DNA from: Bryobacterales bacterium
Lineage (GTDB): Bacteria; Acidobacteriota; Terriglobia; Bryobacterales; UBA6623
DNA: 64,000 bases
Assembly (NCBI GenBank): GCA_963422375.2
Contig: CAXXKD010000001.1
Span: 128,001-192,000, forward strand
Direction: 5' to 3'
The translations under genes and the position numbers were made by a program. The notes under the pieces were generated by a model, which saw only the letters and a list, made by a program, of their open reading frames with translations, was not told the origin of the DNA and did not search any database. Positions 11,623 through 22,000 of the stretch are shown one piece after another. Position 1 is the stretch's first letter; each line of letters starts with the position of its first letter.

Positions 11623-12042
11623 GTGTCGACGACCGAACCCGCCGGCCGCCCCGGCTGTTCGGCCGTGGCCGTGCGCCCGGCGAGGCCCGGCGAAATGGCC
11701 CGGATTCGCGATCTGATCGCGCTGTTTCCTCGCGACCTCCTCCAGTCCGACCTGCCTAGGTTCCCATCCTTCTTCGTGGCCGAGCAAGGCGGCTCGATCA
11801 TCGGATGCTGCGCGTTGCAGGTCTATTCCAAGAGGCTGGCGGAAGTTCGCAGCCTTGCGGTTCACCCCGACTATCGCGGGAAGGGCGTGGCCGGCCGCCT
11901 TGTCGACGCCTGCCGCGCGAGAGGGCGCGAGCGGGGAATCAAGCAGCTGCTCGCGGTTACGAGCGAGCCGAAGTTCTTCGAGGCGCGGGGCTTCACCGTC
12001 CACTCGGGCTGGAGGACCGCGGTCTTCTCCGATCTTGAATGA
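11623..12042 (+). CDS. GNAT N-acetyltransferase (short ArgA-like)
   Basis: IIGCCALQVYSKRLAEVRSLAVHPDYRGKGVA; start uncertain (11623 GTG or 11695 ATG). Confidence 0.8.
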   Translation: MSTTEPAGRPGCSAVAVRPARPGEMARIRDLIALFPRDLLQSDLPRFPSFFVAEQGGSIIGCCALQVYSKRLAEVRSLAVHPDYRGKGVAGRLVDACRARGRERGIKQLLAVTSEPKFFEARGFTVHSGWRTAVFSDLE

Positions 12043-12520
12043 GGGCAAGCGGGTCTCGCGATTCGGAAGCCATGGTCAGACGCGATGGAAAGTCAGACGC
12101 GATGGAACTCTGCCAATTCGCCGACCGAATCCAAGTGCAGGCCCAATCGACGCGCGCCGGGATCACCCCCGGATATGACGGATGCGGTATCCGCGCGGCG
12201 ATCCGTTCGAGGGGGTCCGGCATGCACCCTGCCGGCCTGCCCGCGCTTGTCGCAGCGCGGCCCACGACGCGGAACGCCCCAGGCTGCCCCCGCGTCGCGG
12301 GCCGCATGCCGCACATCGAGTCATTGACCTGCTGCAGCGAATCCGCACGGACGCGGCGGTCGCCGGTGGCGCGCCGGCCGGTCGCCATTGCCTCGTCAAT
12401 CAAGGTCGGAAGCGGCTAGGCGGCCACCAGTCGGTCCGCTGCCGACCGGGTCGGCCCCGGTCCGGCTGTGGCACCATAGGACTCGGGCCTGCCTCCGCAG
12501 GCGCGTCGCGGCGAGCGGGC

Positions 12521-13012
12521 GTGCATTGGAGTCGCACAATCCTGGTTGGCGGACTGGGCGGCGCCGTCCTCGTCGCCGGCCTGATCGTCCTCTACAACTG
12601 GGGCGCCACCCCCCGCCTGTCGGGCGAGATCACGGAGGTGCGGACGCTCGGGATGGACAAGGCGAGCTCCGTGGCGATCGTCAACTTCGAGGCGTCGAAC
12701 ACGTCGAACTACGAGCTCTCGATCAGTCGGCGCGAAATGGCGGTGGTGGACTCCTCGGGCAACCTTCTGGAAGGCCGGATCCTGAGCGTCTTCGACGTTC
12801 AGAGCCTGTTCAAGTACTTCCCGGCGCTCGGGGGCATGAAGGACGAGCCCTTGCTGGACCGGAGCTTCCTCGATCCCGGCGAGACGATTCGCGGCCTGGT
12901 CGCCGCCCGCTTCGAGATTCCCAAGCACGAGCTCGACTCGCGTCGGGAGCTCGTGGTCCGCACGGTCGATGTCAAGCACCGGAAGACCGAGATACGCAAT
13001 TCAAGCGACTAG
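12521..13012 (+). CDS. Hypothetical membrane-anchored protein
   Basis: N-terminal TM helix then a beta-rich domain with host-like codon usage; upstream part of the listed ORF looks non-coding. Confidence 0.65.
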   Translation: MHWSRTILVGGLGGAVLVAGLIVLYNWGATPRLSGEITEVRTLGMDKASSVAIVNFEASNTSNYELSISRREMAVVDSSGNLLEGRILSVFDVQSLFKYFPALGGMKDEPLLDRSFLDPGETIRGLVAARFEIPKHELDSRRELVVRTVDVKHRKTEIRNSSD

Positions 13013-13022
13013 GATCTGCATC

Positions 13023-13385
13023 GTGTACAGCGAGGCTCTTCTCGACCATTTCCGGAACCCGCGGCGAGTCGGATCTCTGGACGCGCCGGCCGTGACGGTG
13101 CGCGTGGAGAACCCCATCTGCGGGGACATCATGACGCTGTCGGCCATGGTTGCCGACGGGACGGTTCGCGACGCGCGGTTCCGGGTGCGCGGATGCACGG
13201 CCTCGATCGCGGCCGGTTCGGCGCTGACCGGGATACTGATCGGACGGTCGGCGAAAGAGCTCTCCCGCATCGTGCCGGAACTGGTCGAGAGCGCGCTTGG
13301 CGGGCTGCCCAACGAGTCCAAGCACGCGGCTAGGCTCGCTGCCGACGCGGCCAGGGCCCTAGCGGACAGCCTTCCGGCGGACTGA
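13023..13385 (+). CDS. IscU/NifU-N-like Fe-S scaffold protein
   Basis: YSEALLDHFRNPRRVG, NPICGD and GCTASIAAGS motifs. Confidence 0.85.
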   Translation: MYSEALLDHFRNPRRVGSLDAPAVTVRVENPICGDIMTLSAMVADGTVRDARFRVRGCTASIAAGSALTGILIGRSAKELSRIVPELVESALGGLPNESKHAARLAADAARALADSLPAD

Positions 13386-13416
13386 CAGCGCTGCGGCCCG
13401 CGCTCGGCGGGTGCCG

Positions 13417-14763
13417 CTAGGTGGCCCTCTGCCTGTCCCGGTCGTCGTGGAAGATCGCGACGAATAGCGCCAGCACCAGCGCGGACAGGACGGCCGGCAG
13501 CGCCCAGATGGCCCGCCAGTCGATCAGCCCTTGGGCCTCGTGCAGCTTTGCCGACTGCTCGTCTTGGATCTCCCGGATGCGCGGCCCGTCCGATCCGGAC
13601 TCCTCGAGGCGGGACAGCTCGCTCCCCAGTACTTGGACCTCGGCCATCAGCTCGCGAGTCTGCGGCGGGGTGTTGCGCTCGTCCCAGACGCCTGCGACCC
13701 GAGCGCCAATCAGCATGCCGAGTCCGAGCGTGAACAGCACCAGCATGCCCTGGGCTTGGGCCCGGATCTCCTTCCTGGCCGCCAGGTCGGTGTAGATCTG
13801 CCCGGTGACGAACAGGAAGTCGTAGCAGATGCCGTGCAGGATGATGCCGCCGTACATCATCCACACGATGGCGTCCGGAGTTCCGATTGCGAAAAGGGCG
13901 TAGCGGGTCAGCCAGGCCAGCATGCCCACGGCGAGCATCCACTTCACCCCCAGCTTCCGGAAGAAGAACGGCATCAGCAGCATGAAGAGGATCTCGGAGA
14001 CCTGCCCGTAGCTCATCGCCTGGGTCACGTCCTCGATTCCCGCCAGCTGAACCGCCTTGGCCGCGAGCTGGAAGTAGAACGCGAGCGGGATGCAGATCAG
14101 GAACGTGCTGAGCATGAAGATCGCGTAGGAAGGCTTGCGGAGGAGCTCGAACGCGTCGGCTCCCGCGAGCTGGCGCCATGAAGCGCTCCGGCCCTTGGAG
14201 GGGGGCGGCGTGCGCGGGAGGCTCAGGCTATAGGCTCCCATCAGGATGCCCGCGGCGCCCGTCAGCTGGAACATTTCGCGCCGGTCGCCCCATCCGACCC
14301 AAGCCAGGGCGAAGCCCGCCGCGATCCAGCCGATCGTCCCGAACACCCGGATCAGCGGGAACTCCTTTCGGGAGTCCGTCATGTGATGCAGCGCGAGCGC
14401 ATTCGTCAGAGCCAGCGTCGGGAAGTAGCACAGCGTGTGACCGAGGAACACCAGATTGATCAGGTCCGGCGACGCGGGCGCGGCCGGATTCATGAGCGCC
14501 GCGGCGAGCAGCATGAAGCTCCCTCCGACGACGTGCAGGACGCACAACATGCGCTCCGTCGCGAAGTACCGGTCGGCCACCATGCCGACGAAGAACGGCG
14601 ACACCATGCAGGCGATCGGCCCTACGGCGTAGGTCCAGCCCAGGTCGCTTCCGCTGAAGCCGATCTTGACGAGGTAGAGCGGCGCCCCGACGTACCAGGC
14701 CCCCCAAGTGAAGAACTGGAGGAACATCATCGCGCCGAGGCGCGGGCCCATGCCTGCCTGCAT
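13417..14763 (-). CDS. MFS nucleoside:H+ symporter (NupG/XapB family)
   Basis: MMFLQFFTWGAW, FPLIRVFGTIGWI, GQVSEILFML and LHGICYDF motifs. Confidence 0.9.
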   Translation of the reverse strand: MQAGMGPRLGAMMFLQFFTWGAWYVGAPLYLVKIGFSGSDLGWTYAVGPIACMVSPFFVGMVADRYFATERMLCVLHVVGGSFMLLAAALMNPAAPASPDLINLVFLGHTLCYFPTLALTNALALHHMTDSRKEFPLIRVFGTIGWIAAGFALAWVGWGDRREMFQLTGAAGILMGAYSLSLPRTPPPSKGRSASWRQLAGADAFELLRKPSYAIFMLSTFLICIPLAFYFQLAAKAVQLAGIEDVTQAMSYGQVSEILFMLLMPFFFRKLGVKWMLAVGMLAWLTRYALFAIGTPDAIVWMMYGGIILHGICYDFLFVTGQIYTDLAARKEIRAQAQGMLVLFTLGLGMLIGARVAGVWDERNTPPQTRELMAEVQVLGSELSRLEESGSDGPRIREIQDEQSAKLHEAQGLIDWRAIWALPAVLSALVLALFVAIFHDDRDRQRAT

Positions 14764-14800
14764 CGCCCTATCGTAGATGACCTGTCTTACGATGATGCCG

Positions 14801-15346
14801 ATGGCCCGAGTTCGCGTGCCGCCTGGAAAGATCGCGGGCGAGGCCCTGTACGAGTACGCCTTGCGGGCCCTGGGCCGCCGGGCCCACACGCTGGCCGAGC
14901 TCGAGGCCAAGCTGCGCCGCCGCTCCGTGGCGGAAGAGGATGTCGAGTTCGTGGTCGGGCGCCTGCGGGAGCACGGGTATCTGGACGACACCCGTGTCGC
15001 TGAGGTCCATTCGTCGGTCCGGCGCGGCTTTCACTTGCTCGGCAGGAAGCGCGTGCTGGACGAACTGGAGCGACGGGGCGTGGACGAAGCGACGGCCGAG
15101 GGCGCCGTGTCCGAAGCGTACGAGGACTGCGACGAGTCCGAGCTCGCCAAGGCCTTCCTGCGGCGCAAGCTCGGCGCCTCGCCCGAGGGCGGCGCGGTCC
15201 GGGATCCGAAGCGCCTGGCGCGGCTGTACCGGTCCTTGGCGCGGGCCGGGTTCGACCCGTCGGCGGCTCGCGACGCCCTCAGGGATATATCCGGGAATGC
15301 GGAGGCGCTGGAAGCCTTGGAGGAGAGGGTCGGTGAGGGGAACTAG
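14801..15346 (+). CDS. recX: RecX regulatory protein
   Basis: YALRALGRRAHTLAELEAKL...GYLDD...LARAGF pattern. Confidence 0.85.
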   Translation: MARVRVPPGKIAGEALYEYALRALGRRAHTLAELEAKLRRRSVAEEDVEFVVGRLREHGYLDDTRVAEVHSSVRRGFHLLGRKRVLDELERRGVDEATAEGAVSEAYEDCDESELAKAFLRRKLGASPEGGAVRDPKRLARLYRSLARAGFDPSAARDALRDISGNAEALEALEERVGEGN

Positions 15347-15386
15347 CACCCGCGCGCCCGGCCCGGCCCGCGACAGGCCGGAGAGC

Positions 15387-16535
15387 ATGCTGGTCGCCGG
15401 AATCATGAGCGGCACCTCGGCCGACGGGATCGACGTCGCCCTAGCTCAGATCTCCGGTCGGGGTTTCTCGCTGGACGTGCGCACTGTCGCGTTCCACTCG
15501 CTGCCATACCGGGAGTCGGTGCGGCAAGAGATTCTCGCCGTCACGGAGGCGGCGTTGCCCGCGGCTCGCGTCAGCCAGCTGCACTTCCTGCTGGGCGAGG
15601 CCTTCGGGTCTGCGGTTGTCGGAGCCTGCTCGCGGTCCGGGGTGCGGCTAGCGGATCTGGACTTGATCGGATCCCACGGCCAGACGATCTACCATCAGCC
15701 GGATCCGACCGACTGCTGCGGCTCCGCCGTCCGGAGCACCCTGCAGATCGGCGAAGCGGCCTTGATCGCGCGCAGCACGGGCGCGCCCGTGGTCTCCGAC
15801 TTCCGCCCGGCGGATCTTGCCGCGGGCGGCCAGGGAGCGCCTCTCGTTCCGTTCGCGGACTACGTCCTGTTCCGTGATCCGGACGTCAGTCGCGTCGCGC
15901 TCAACATCGGGGGCATCGCCAACGTCACCGTCATTCCCGCCGGCGCGGGGCCGGAGGAAGTGAGCGCGTTCGACACGGGCCCGGGCAACATGGTCATGGA
16001 CGGGCTGGTCGGAGCGCTGACGGGCGGAGCCGAGCGCTTCGACCGCGACGGGAGAATGGCGGCGCGAGGAACGGTCGACGAGGGCCTGCTCGGGTATCTG
16101 CTGGACGATCCCTATTTCGATCTGGCTCCGCCCAAGAGCACGGGCAGGGAACGGTTCGGCGTTGCGTTCGTGGAGCGCCTGCTCCGCACGGGACTGGCCG
16201 GCGAGACTCTCGTGGCGACCGCCACCCAGCTGACGGCCCGCTCGGTCGCCGGGGCTCTCGAGGCGTTCGCCCCACGGGTCGAGCGGATCGACGAACTGGT
16301 GGTGTCCGGCGGCGGCTGGCGGAATCCCGCGATCATCGGGGCGATCCGCTCGCTGCTCCCCGCCGTTCGGGTGCGCCCCAGCGACGACTTCGGAGTCGAG
16401 CATGCAGCCAAGGAGGCGGTGGCGTTCGCGATTCTCGCCTACGAGACCTATCACGGTCGGCCGTCCAGCCTGCCCTCCGCGACGGGGGCGTCGGGGCATG
16501 CGGTCTTGGGCAAGGTCGCGCTCCCGCCTTGCTGA
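15387..16535 (+). CDS. anmK: Anhydro-N-acetylmuramic acid kinase
   Basis: GIMSGTSADGID, GSHGQT, GGQGAPLVP, NIGGIAN, FDTGPGN and KEAVAFA motifs. Confidence 0.95.
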   Translation: MLVAGIMSGTSADGIDVALAQISGRGFSLDVRTVAFHSLPYRESVRQEILAVTEAALPAARVSQLHFLLGEAFGSAVVGACSRSGVRLADLDLIGSHGQTIYHQPDPTDCCGSAVRSTLQIGEAALIARSTGAPVVSDFRPADLAAGGQGAPLVPFADYVLFRDPDVSRVALNIGGIANVTVIPAGAGPEEVSAFDTGPGNMVMDGLVGALTGGAERFDRDGRMAARGTVDEGLLGYLLDDPYFDLAPPKSTGRERFGVAFVERLLRTGLAGETLVATATQLTARSVAGALEAFAPRVERIDELVVSGGGWRNPAIIGAIRSLLPAVRVRPSDDFGVEHAAKEAVAFAILAYETYHGRPSSLPSATGASGHAVLGKVALPPC

Positions 16536-16570
16536 GGAGAGCCGCAGGCTGGGAGTCAGGCCCGTCCGCG

Positions 16571-18934
16571 TCAGCCGGAGCTCGCCGCGGGCCGCTGGTC
16601 CCCGGCCCGGCGGAGGAATGGCGTGCTGGTGACGATGCCGTCGATCAGCGCCGAGAAGCGGTAGCCCGATGCCTTCAGGTCGCGCAGGATCGCGTCGATG
16701 GCAGGGTTGTCCCGACGGTCCACGCCCCGGCCCAAGGCGTACGTCAGGAGCTTCTTCGCGAGCGTCCGGCAGAAGGCGTCGCGCTCCGTCTCGACCAGGA
16801 TGCCGCGCAGCTGGGCGGGCGTCTCGAACGAGCGCCCGCCCGGCAGCGTGCCCGAAGTGTCCAGCGGGACGCCGCGGTCCTCCGTCCGCCAGCGGCCCAC
16901 CGGGTCGTAGTTCTCGAGCCCGAAGCCGATCGCGTCCATCACCAGATGGCAGGACATGCAGCCCTCGTTGGCGCGGTGCGCCTCGAGCTGCTGCCGCAGC
17001 GTTCCGTGCATCTCGCCTTGGACGGCTTCAAGCTCCGGCACGTCGGGCGGAGGCGGGGGCGGGGCCTGTCCCAGGATGTTCTCGAGCACCCACAGGCCGC
17101 GCAGAACCGGGGAAGTGCGCGTCGGGTACGACGACACGGTCAGCATGCTCGCCTGTCCGAGCAGCCCTCCGCGCCGCCCGTCCGGCAGCGCGACCCGCCG
17201 GAATTCGTCACCTTCCACCCCCTCGATCCCGTAGTGACGGGCCAGCGGCCCGTTGAGGAAGGTGAAATCGCTGTCGAGGAACTCCAGAACGCTTCGATCC
17301 TCCCGCAGGACGCCGCTGAAGAAGAGCTGGGTCTCCCGCTCCATCGCGGCGCGCAGCCCGTCGTCAATGCCAGGGAAACGCTCCGGGTCGGGCCGAATGC
17401 GGGCGAGGTTGCGGAGTTGCAGCCACTGACCGGCGAAGTTCCGAGACAGGGCGGCGGACCTCGGGTCGGCCAGCAAGCGGCGGACCTGCCGGCGGATCTC
17501 GGCGGGCGAGTCCGCCAGACCGGCCTCGGCGGCGGCCAGCAGCTCCTCGTCGGGCATGCTGCTCCACAGGAAGTACGACAGGCGCGAGGCCAGCTCGTAG
17601 CTGTCCACGGAGCGCGTCGGCTCGGCGCCGCCGGGGGCGGGGTCGCGCTCGACGCGGAACAGGAACTGTGGCGCGACGAGCACGGCCTGCAGCACGGTCT
17701 GGACCATCCCCTCGAAGCTCTCGCCCCCGCGCATCGAGGCCTCGGCCAGCGCCATCAGGCGTCGCAGTTCCGCTTCCGTCGGAGGTCGGCGGAAGGCGCG
17801 CCGCGCGAGCCTCTCGACGATCCGGCGCGCGCAGGGCCTCCAGGGCTCCTCCCCCTCCGGCCGGCACGTGATCAGCCGCCGGTGGCTCTTGGGGAGCGGC
17901 AGCGGCGCGGCGTCGAACGGCCCGTTGATCTCGAGGTAGTCGACCCAGATCTTCCGCGTCGCGTACCCGGCGTTGGGATTCATCGGCGCTCCGCTGAAGT
18001 CGATGAATCCCAGCCAGATCTCCGTCTCTCCCGGTCCCATCCGGTGGGTCGCCCTCTCGCTGCGGTCGAAATACTGGGCCGCCTCGACCGCCTTTGTCGC
18101 CATCCTGCGGCCGTCTACGGTCAACGTCATCAGCCGGGGCGGCGGCGGCTCCATGTCGGGGAGGTACCGCCCGTCGTCTTCGGACCGCTGCCTTCGGTCC
18201 GTCGCGCCGAACGCGAACCTGTAGAAGCCCGCCGCGGGGAACCTGTGGGCGAGGCGCATCGAGCCGTCCGCCGTGAAGGGCGAGACGTTGCCGATCGCGG
18301 CGGGGTTCTCCGGGTCGCGGACCGCCTGGATGCGGAAGCGGGTCGGCTCGGCCAGCCGCGGGCGGTTCCAGATCGCCGCCCGGGCGAGCTTGCCGGCGGC
18401 GTCGAGATACTTCTCCATCAGCAGAGGGGACACCGACAGCACGTCGCCGATGTTGTCGAACCCGTAGCCCGAGTCGTCCACGGGGAAGGAGTCCGCCGGC
18501 CGCAGGCTCACATCCAGCAGGTCGCGGACCGTGTTGTTGTACTCGTCTCGGTTCAGCCGCCGCGCGGTCACGCGCCCCGGCCGCTCTGTCCGATGCCGCT
18601 GCATCGATGCGCCGCGGCTCTCGATCCAAGCCGCGAGCGCGTCGAGCTCGGACGCCGCCGGCGCGCTGCTTCCCGGCGGGGGCATCCTGCCCGAGCGGGT
18701 CATGCGCAGCACGTCGTCCCAGACATCGGGATGGCGCAGGGCCTCGGACTCCTCCGCGAACTGGTCGAGCCGCAGGTCGGCCATCTGCATGCGCTCGCCG
18801 TGGCAGGTGGCGCAGTGCTCGGCGAGGAACGGTTTGACGGACTCCTCGAAGGTGTCGGCCGGCAGGGACCAGGAGGTCAGAGCGACGGCGAGGATGCGGA
18901 CTGCTCGCGCCACCGCATCCATTATCGCATCCAT
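16571..18934 (-). CDS. DUF1592/1588/1587/1585/1595 planctomycete-type cytochrome c protein
   Basis: CATCH, RRLNRDEYNNTVRDLL, LASRLSYFLWSSMPD, RTSPVLRGLW and CMSCH motifs; start at 18934 or 18922. Confidence 0.9.
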   Translation of the reverse strand: MDAIMDAVARAVRILAVALTSWSLPADTFEESVKPFLAEHCATCHGERMQMADLRLDQFAEESEALRHPDVWDDVLRMTRSGRMPPPGSSAPAASELDALAAWIESRGASMQRHRTERPGRVTARRLNRDEYNNTVRDLLDVSLRPADSFPVDDSGYGFDNIGDVLSVSPLLMEKYLDAAGKLARAAIWNRPRLAEPTRFRIQAVRDPENPAAIGNVSPFTADGSMRLAHRFPAAGFYRFAFGATDRRQRSEDDGRYLPDMEPPPPRLMTLTVDGRRMATKAVEAAQYFDRSERATHRMGPGETEIWLGFIDFSGAPMNPNAGYATRKIWVDYLEINGPFDAAPLPLPKSHRRLITCRPEGEEPWRPCARRIVERLARRAFRRPPTEAELRRLMALAEASMRGGESFEGMVQTVLQAVLVAPQFLFRVERDPAPGGAEPTRSVDSYELASRLSYFLWSSMPDEELLAAAEAGLADSPAEIRRQVRRLLADPRSAALSRNFAGQWLQLRNLARIRPDPERFPGIDDGLRAAMERETQLFFSGVLREDRSVLEFLDSDFTFLNGPLARHYGIEGVEGDEFRRVALPDGRRGGLLGQASMLTVSSYPTRTSPVLRGLWVLENILGQAPPPPPPDVPELEAVQGEMHGTLRQQLEAHRANEGCMSCHLVMDAIGFGLENYDPVGRWRTEDRGVPLDTSGTLPGGRSFETPAQLRGILVETERDAFCRTLAKKLLTYALGRGVDRRDNPAIDAILRDLKASGYRFSALIDGIVTSTPFLRRAGDQRPAASSG

Positions 18935-19040
18935 TATATCGTTGCGTCCGCCGCTATATCGTTGCGTCCGCCGCCCCTTTGACGGTCCGCGGCCCGTGCC
19001 CGGGCAAGCCCGTTCGATTGATAGCCTATGAGAGGGACGC

Positions 19041-22000
19041 ATGAGAAAGCTCCTAGCTGCCAACCGCGGCGAGATCGCGATCCGCATCCTGCGCGCTGCC
19101 ACCGAACTCGGCTTGCGCACTGCGACGGTTTACTCCAACGAGGACCGCCTCAGCCTGCACCGGTTCAAGGCGGACGAAGCCTACGAGGTGGGCGGGGGCA
19201 AGGGCCCGGTCGCGGCCTATCTCGATATCGACGGAATCGTCGCGCTGGCTAGGGACCGCGGCTGCGACGCGATCCACCCGGGGTACGGCTTCCTGTCCGA
19301 GAACGCCGCTTTCGCGAGGGCCTGCGCGGACGCTGGCATCGCTTTCGTCGGCCCGCCCCCCGAGCTGCTCGAGGCGCTAGGCGACAAGACCCGCGCCCGC
19401 CGGATCGCCCGCGAGGCGGGCGTGCCGATCATTCCCGGGAGCGATCTCGCGGGAACCGATCCCGACCGGTTGCGCGAGCAGGCGGGAGAGATCGGCTATC
19501 CGCTGATCGTCAAGGCGTCGTTTGGCGGCGGCGGCCGAGGCATGCGCGTCGTACGCGACGAGGCCGAACTGCTCGGCAGGCTCGAGGAAGCCCGGACCGA
19601 GGCCCGCCGGACGTTCGGCGACGGCTCGGTTTTCCTGGAGCGCTACATCGCCCGGGCGCGGCACATCGAGGTGCAGATCCTAGCCGACAGCCACGGGTCG
19701 ATCGTGCATCTGTGGGAGCGCGACTGCTCGGTGCAGCGGCGCCACCAGAAGGTCGTCGAGCTCGCTCCCGCGGCGAATCTGTCCGAGGAGTTGCGCGCTT
19801 CGATCTGCGGCGCGGCGATTCGCGTCGCCCGGGCGACCGGCTACGTCAACGCGGGCACCGTGGAGTTCCTCGTGGACGCGGACCGGGGCGAGTGGTATTT
19901 CATCGAGGTCAATCCGCGGATTCAGGTCGAGCACACCGTCACCGAGATGGTGACGGGCATCGACATCGTGCGCTCGCAGATCTTGGTGGCCCAGGGCTGC
20001 CACCTACACGATCACCCGCTCGCGCTTCCGCTGCAGGAGGCAATCCAGCGGCGCGGGTTCGCCATCCAGTGCCGGATCACCACCGAGGATCCGCAGGACG
20101 GCTTCTCGCCCGACTACGGTCGCTTGCAGGCGTTCCGCTCGGCCGCGGGGTTGGGAATCCGCCTCGACGGCACGGCCTACGCGGGGGCCGTGCTGAGCCC
20201 GTTCTACGACTCGCTGCTGGTCAAGCTCACGGCTTGGGACTCGACCTTGCGCGGCGCCTGCTCGCGGGCTGAGCGGGCGCTGCGGGAGTTTCGCATCCGC
20301 GGGGTCAAGACCAATATCCAGTTCCTAGAGAACGTCGTCAATCACCCGGCGTTCCAGTCGGGCGAGATCACGACCGGATTTCTCGAGCAGACGCCGGAAC
20401 TGATTCGCTTCCGCCCGCGGCGCGACCGGGCCAACCGCCTGCTCAGCTACATCGGGGACACGATCGTCAACGGGAATCCGACCGTCGCGGGAAAGGACCG
20501 CCCTGCTCGGTTCGAACGGCCGCCGGAAGTGCCGTTCGAGCGCGGCACCGCGCCGCCCCCGGGGACCCGCCAGCGGCTGCTGGAAGCGGGTCCCGAGAGA
20601 TTCTGCGAGTGGGTGCGGGACCAGCAGCGGCTCCTGCTCACCGACACGACCTTCCGCGACGCGCACCAGTCGCTCCTCGCGACGAGAGTCCGCACCTACG
20701 ACCTGCTTGCCACCGCCCCGGCGGTCGCCCGCAGGCTCTCCAACCTGTTCAGCCTCGAGATGTGGGGCGGGGCTACGTTCGATTCCGCGCTGCGCTTCCT
20801 CTACGAGGATCCGTGGGAGCGCCTGAGGCTGCTGCGCCGGGCCGTCCCCAACATCTGCTTCCAGATGCTGCTGCGGGCGTCGAACGCGGTGGGGTACACG
20901 AGCTACCCGGACAACGTGGTCCGCGAGTTCACGGTCGAGGCCGCCCGGCAGGGCATCGACGTGTTCCGCATCTTCGACTCTCTCAACGATCTCGGCAACA
21001 TGCAGGTCGCCATGGACGCGGTCCGGAGCACGGCCGCGATCTGCGAGCCGGCCATCTGCTACACCGGCGACATTCTCGATCCGAGGCGTCCGAAGTACAG
21101 CCTGAACTACTACCTGGACCTTGCCCGGGAGCTCAAGTCCATGGGAGCGCACATGCTCGGCATCAAGGACATGGCCGGCCTGTGCCGCCCGTACGCGGCC
21201 TACGAGCTGGTGCGGGTGCTGCGGGGCGAGCTCGGCCTGCCGGTGCATTTCCACACGCACGATTCCAGCGGGCTGAACGCCGCCACGCTGCTGAAGGCAT
21301 CCGAGGCCGGGGTCGACGTCGTGGACGCCGCCGTCGCGGCTCTCTCGGGCTCGACCAGCCAGCCGAACCTCAACTCGCTGGTCGGCACCCTGAAGGGCAC
21401 TCCGCGCGACAGCGAGCTCGACTCGGACGCGCTCGGGGACTGCTCCCTGTACTGGGAGACGGTAAGAGCCTACTACCTGCCGTTCGACAACGCGCCGAAG
21501 TCCGGGAGCGCCCGCCTGTACTCGCACGAGATCCCCGGCGGCCAGTTCACCAACCTGCAGCAGCAGGCCGCGGCGATGGGCTTGGCGCAGCGCTGGCGCG
21601 AGGTCGAGCAGATGTACGCCGACGTCAACCAGCTGCTGGGCGACATCGTTAAGGTGACGCCGTCCAGCAAGGTGGTCGGCGACCTGGCGCTGTTCCTGCT
21701 CGCGAAGGGCATGACGTGCGAGGAGGTCCGCAAGCTCCCGCGCAACCACAACGTGGGCTTTCCCGACTCGGTCGTGGACATGATGCGCGGCTCGCTCGGC
21801 AGCCCGCCGGGGGGATGGCCGGAGGACGTCCGCCGGATCCTGCTCAGCCGGAAGAAGCCGCTGGCCGGCCGGGCCGCCGCGAAGCTGCCCCCGGCCGATC
21901 TCGACGCGGCGCGGGCGAAGGCGGCGAAGCTGCTCGGACGCAAGGCCAGGCCCTGCGACGCGATCGGCTACCTCCTCTACCCGGACGTCTTCGCCAAGTT

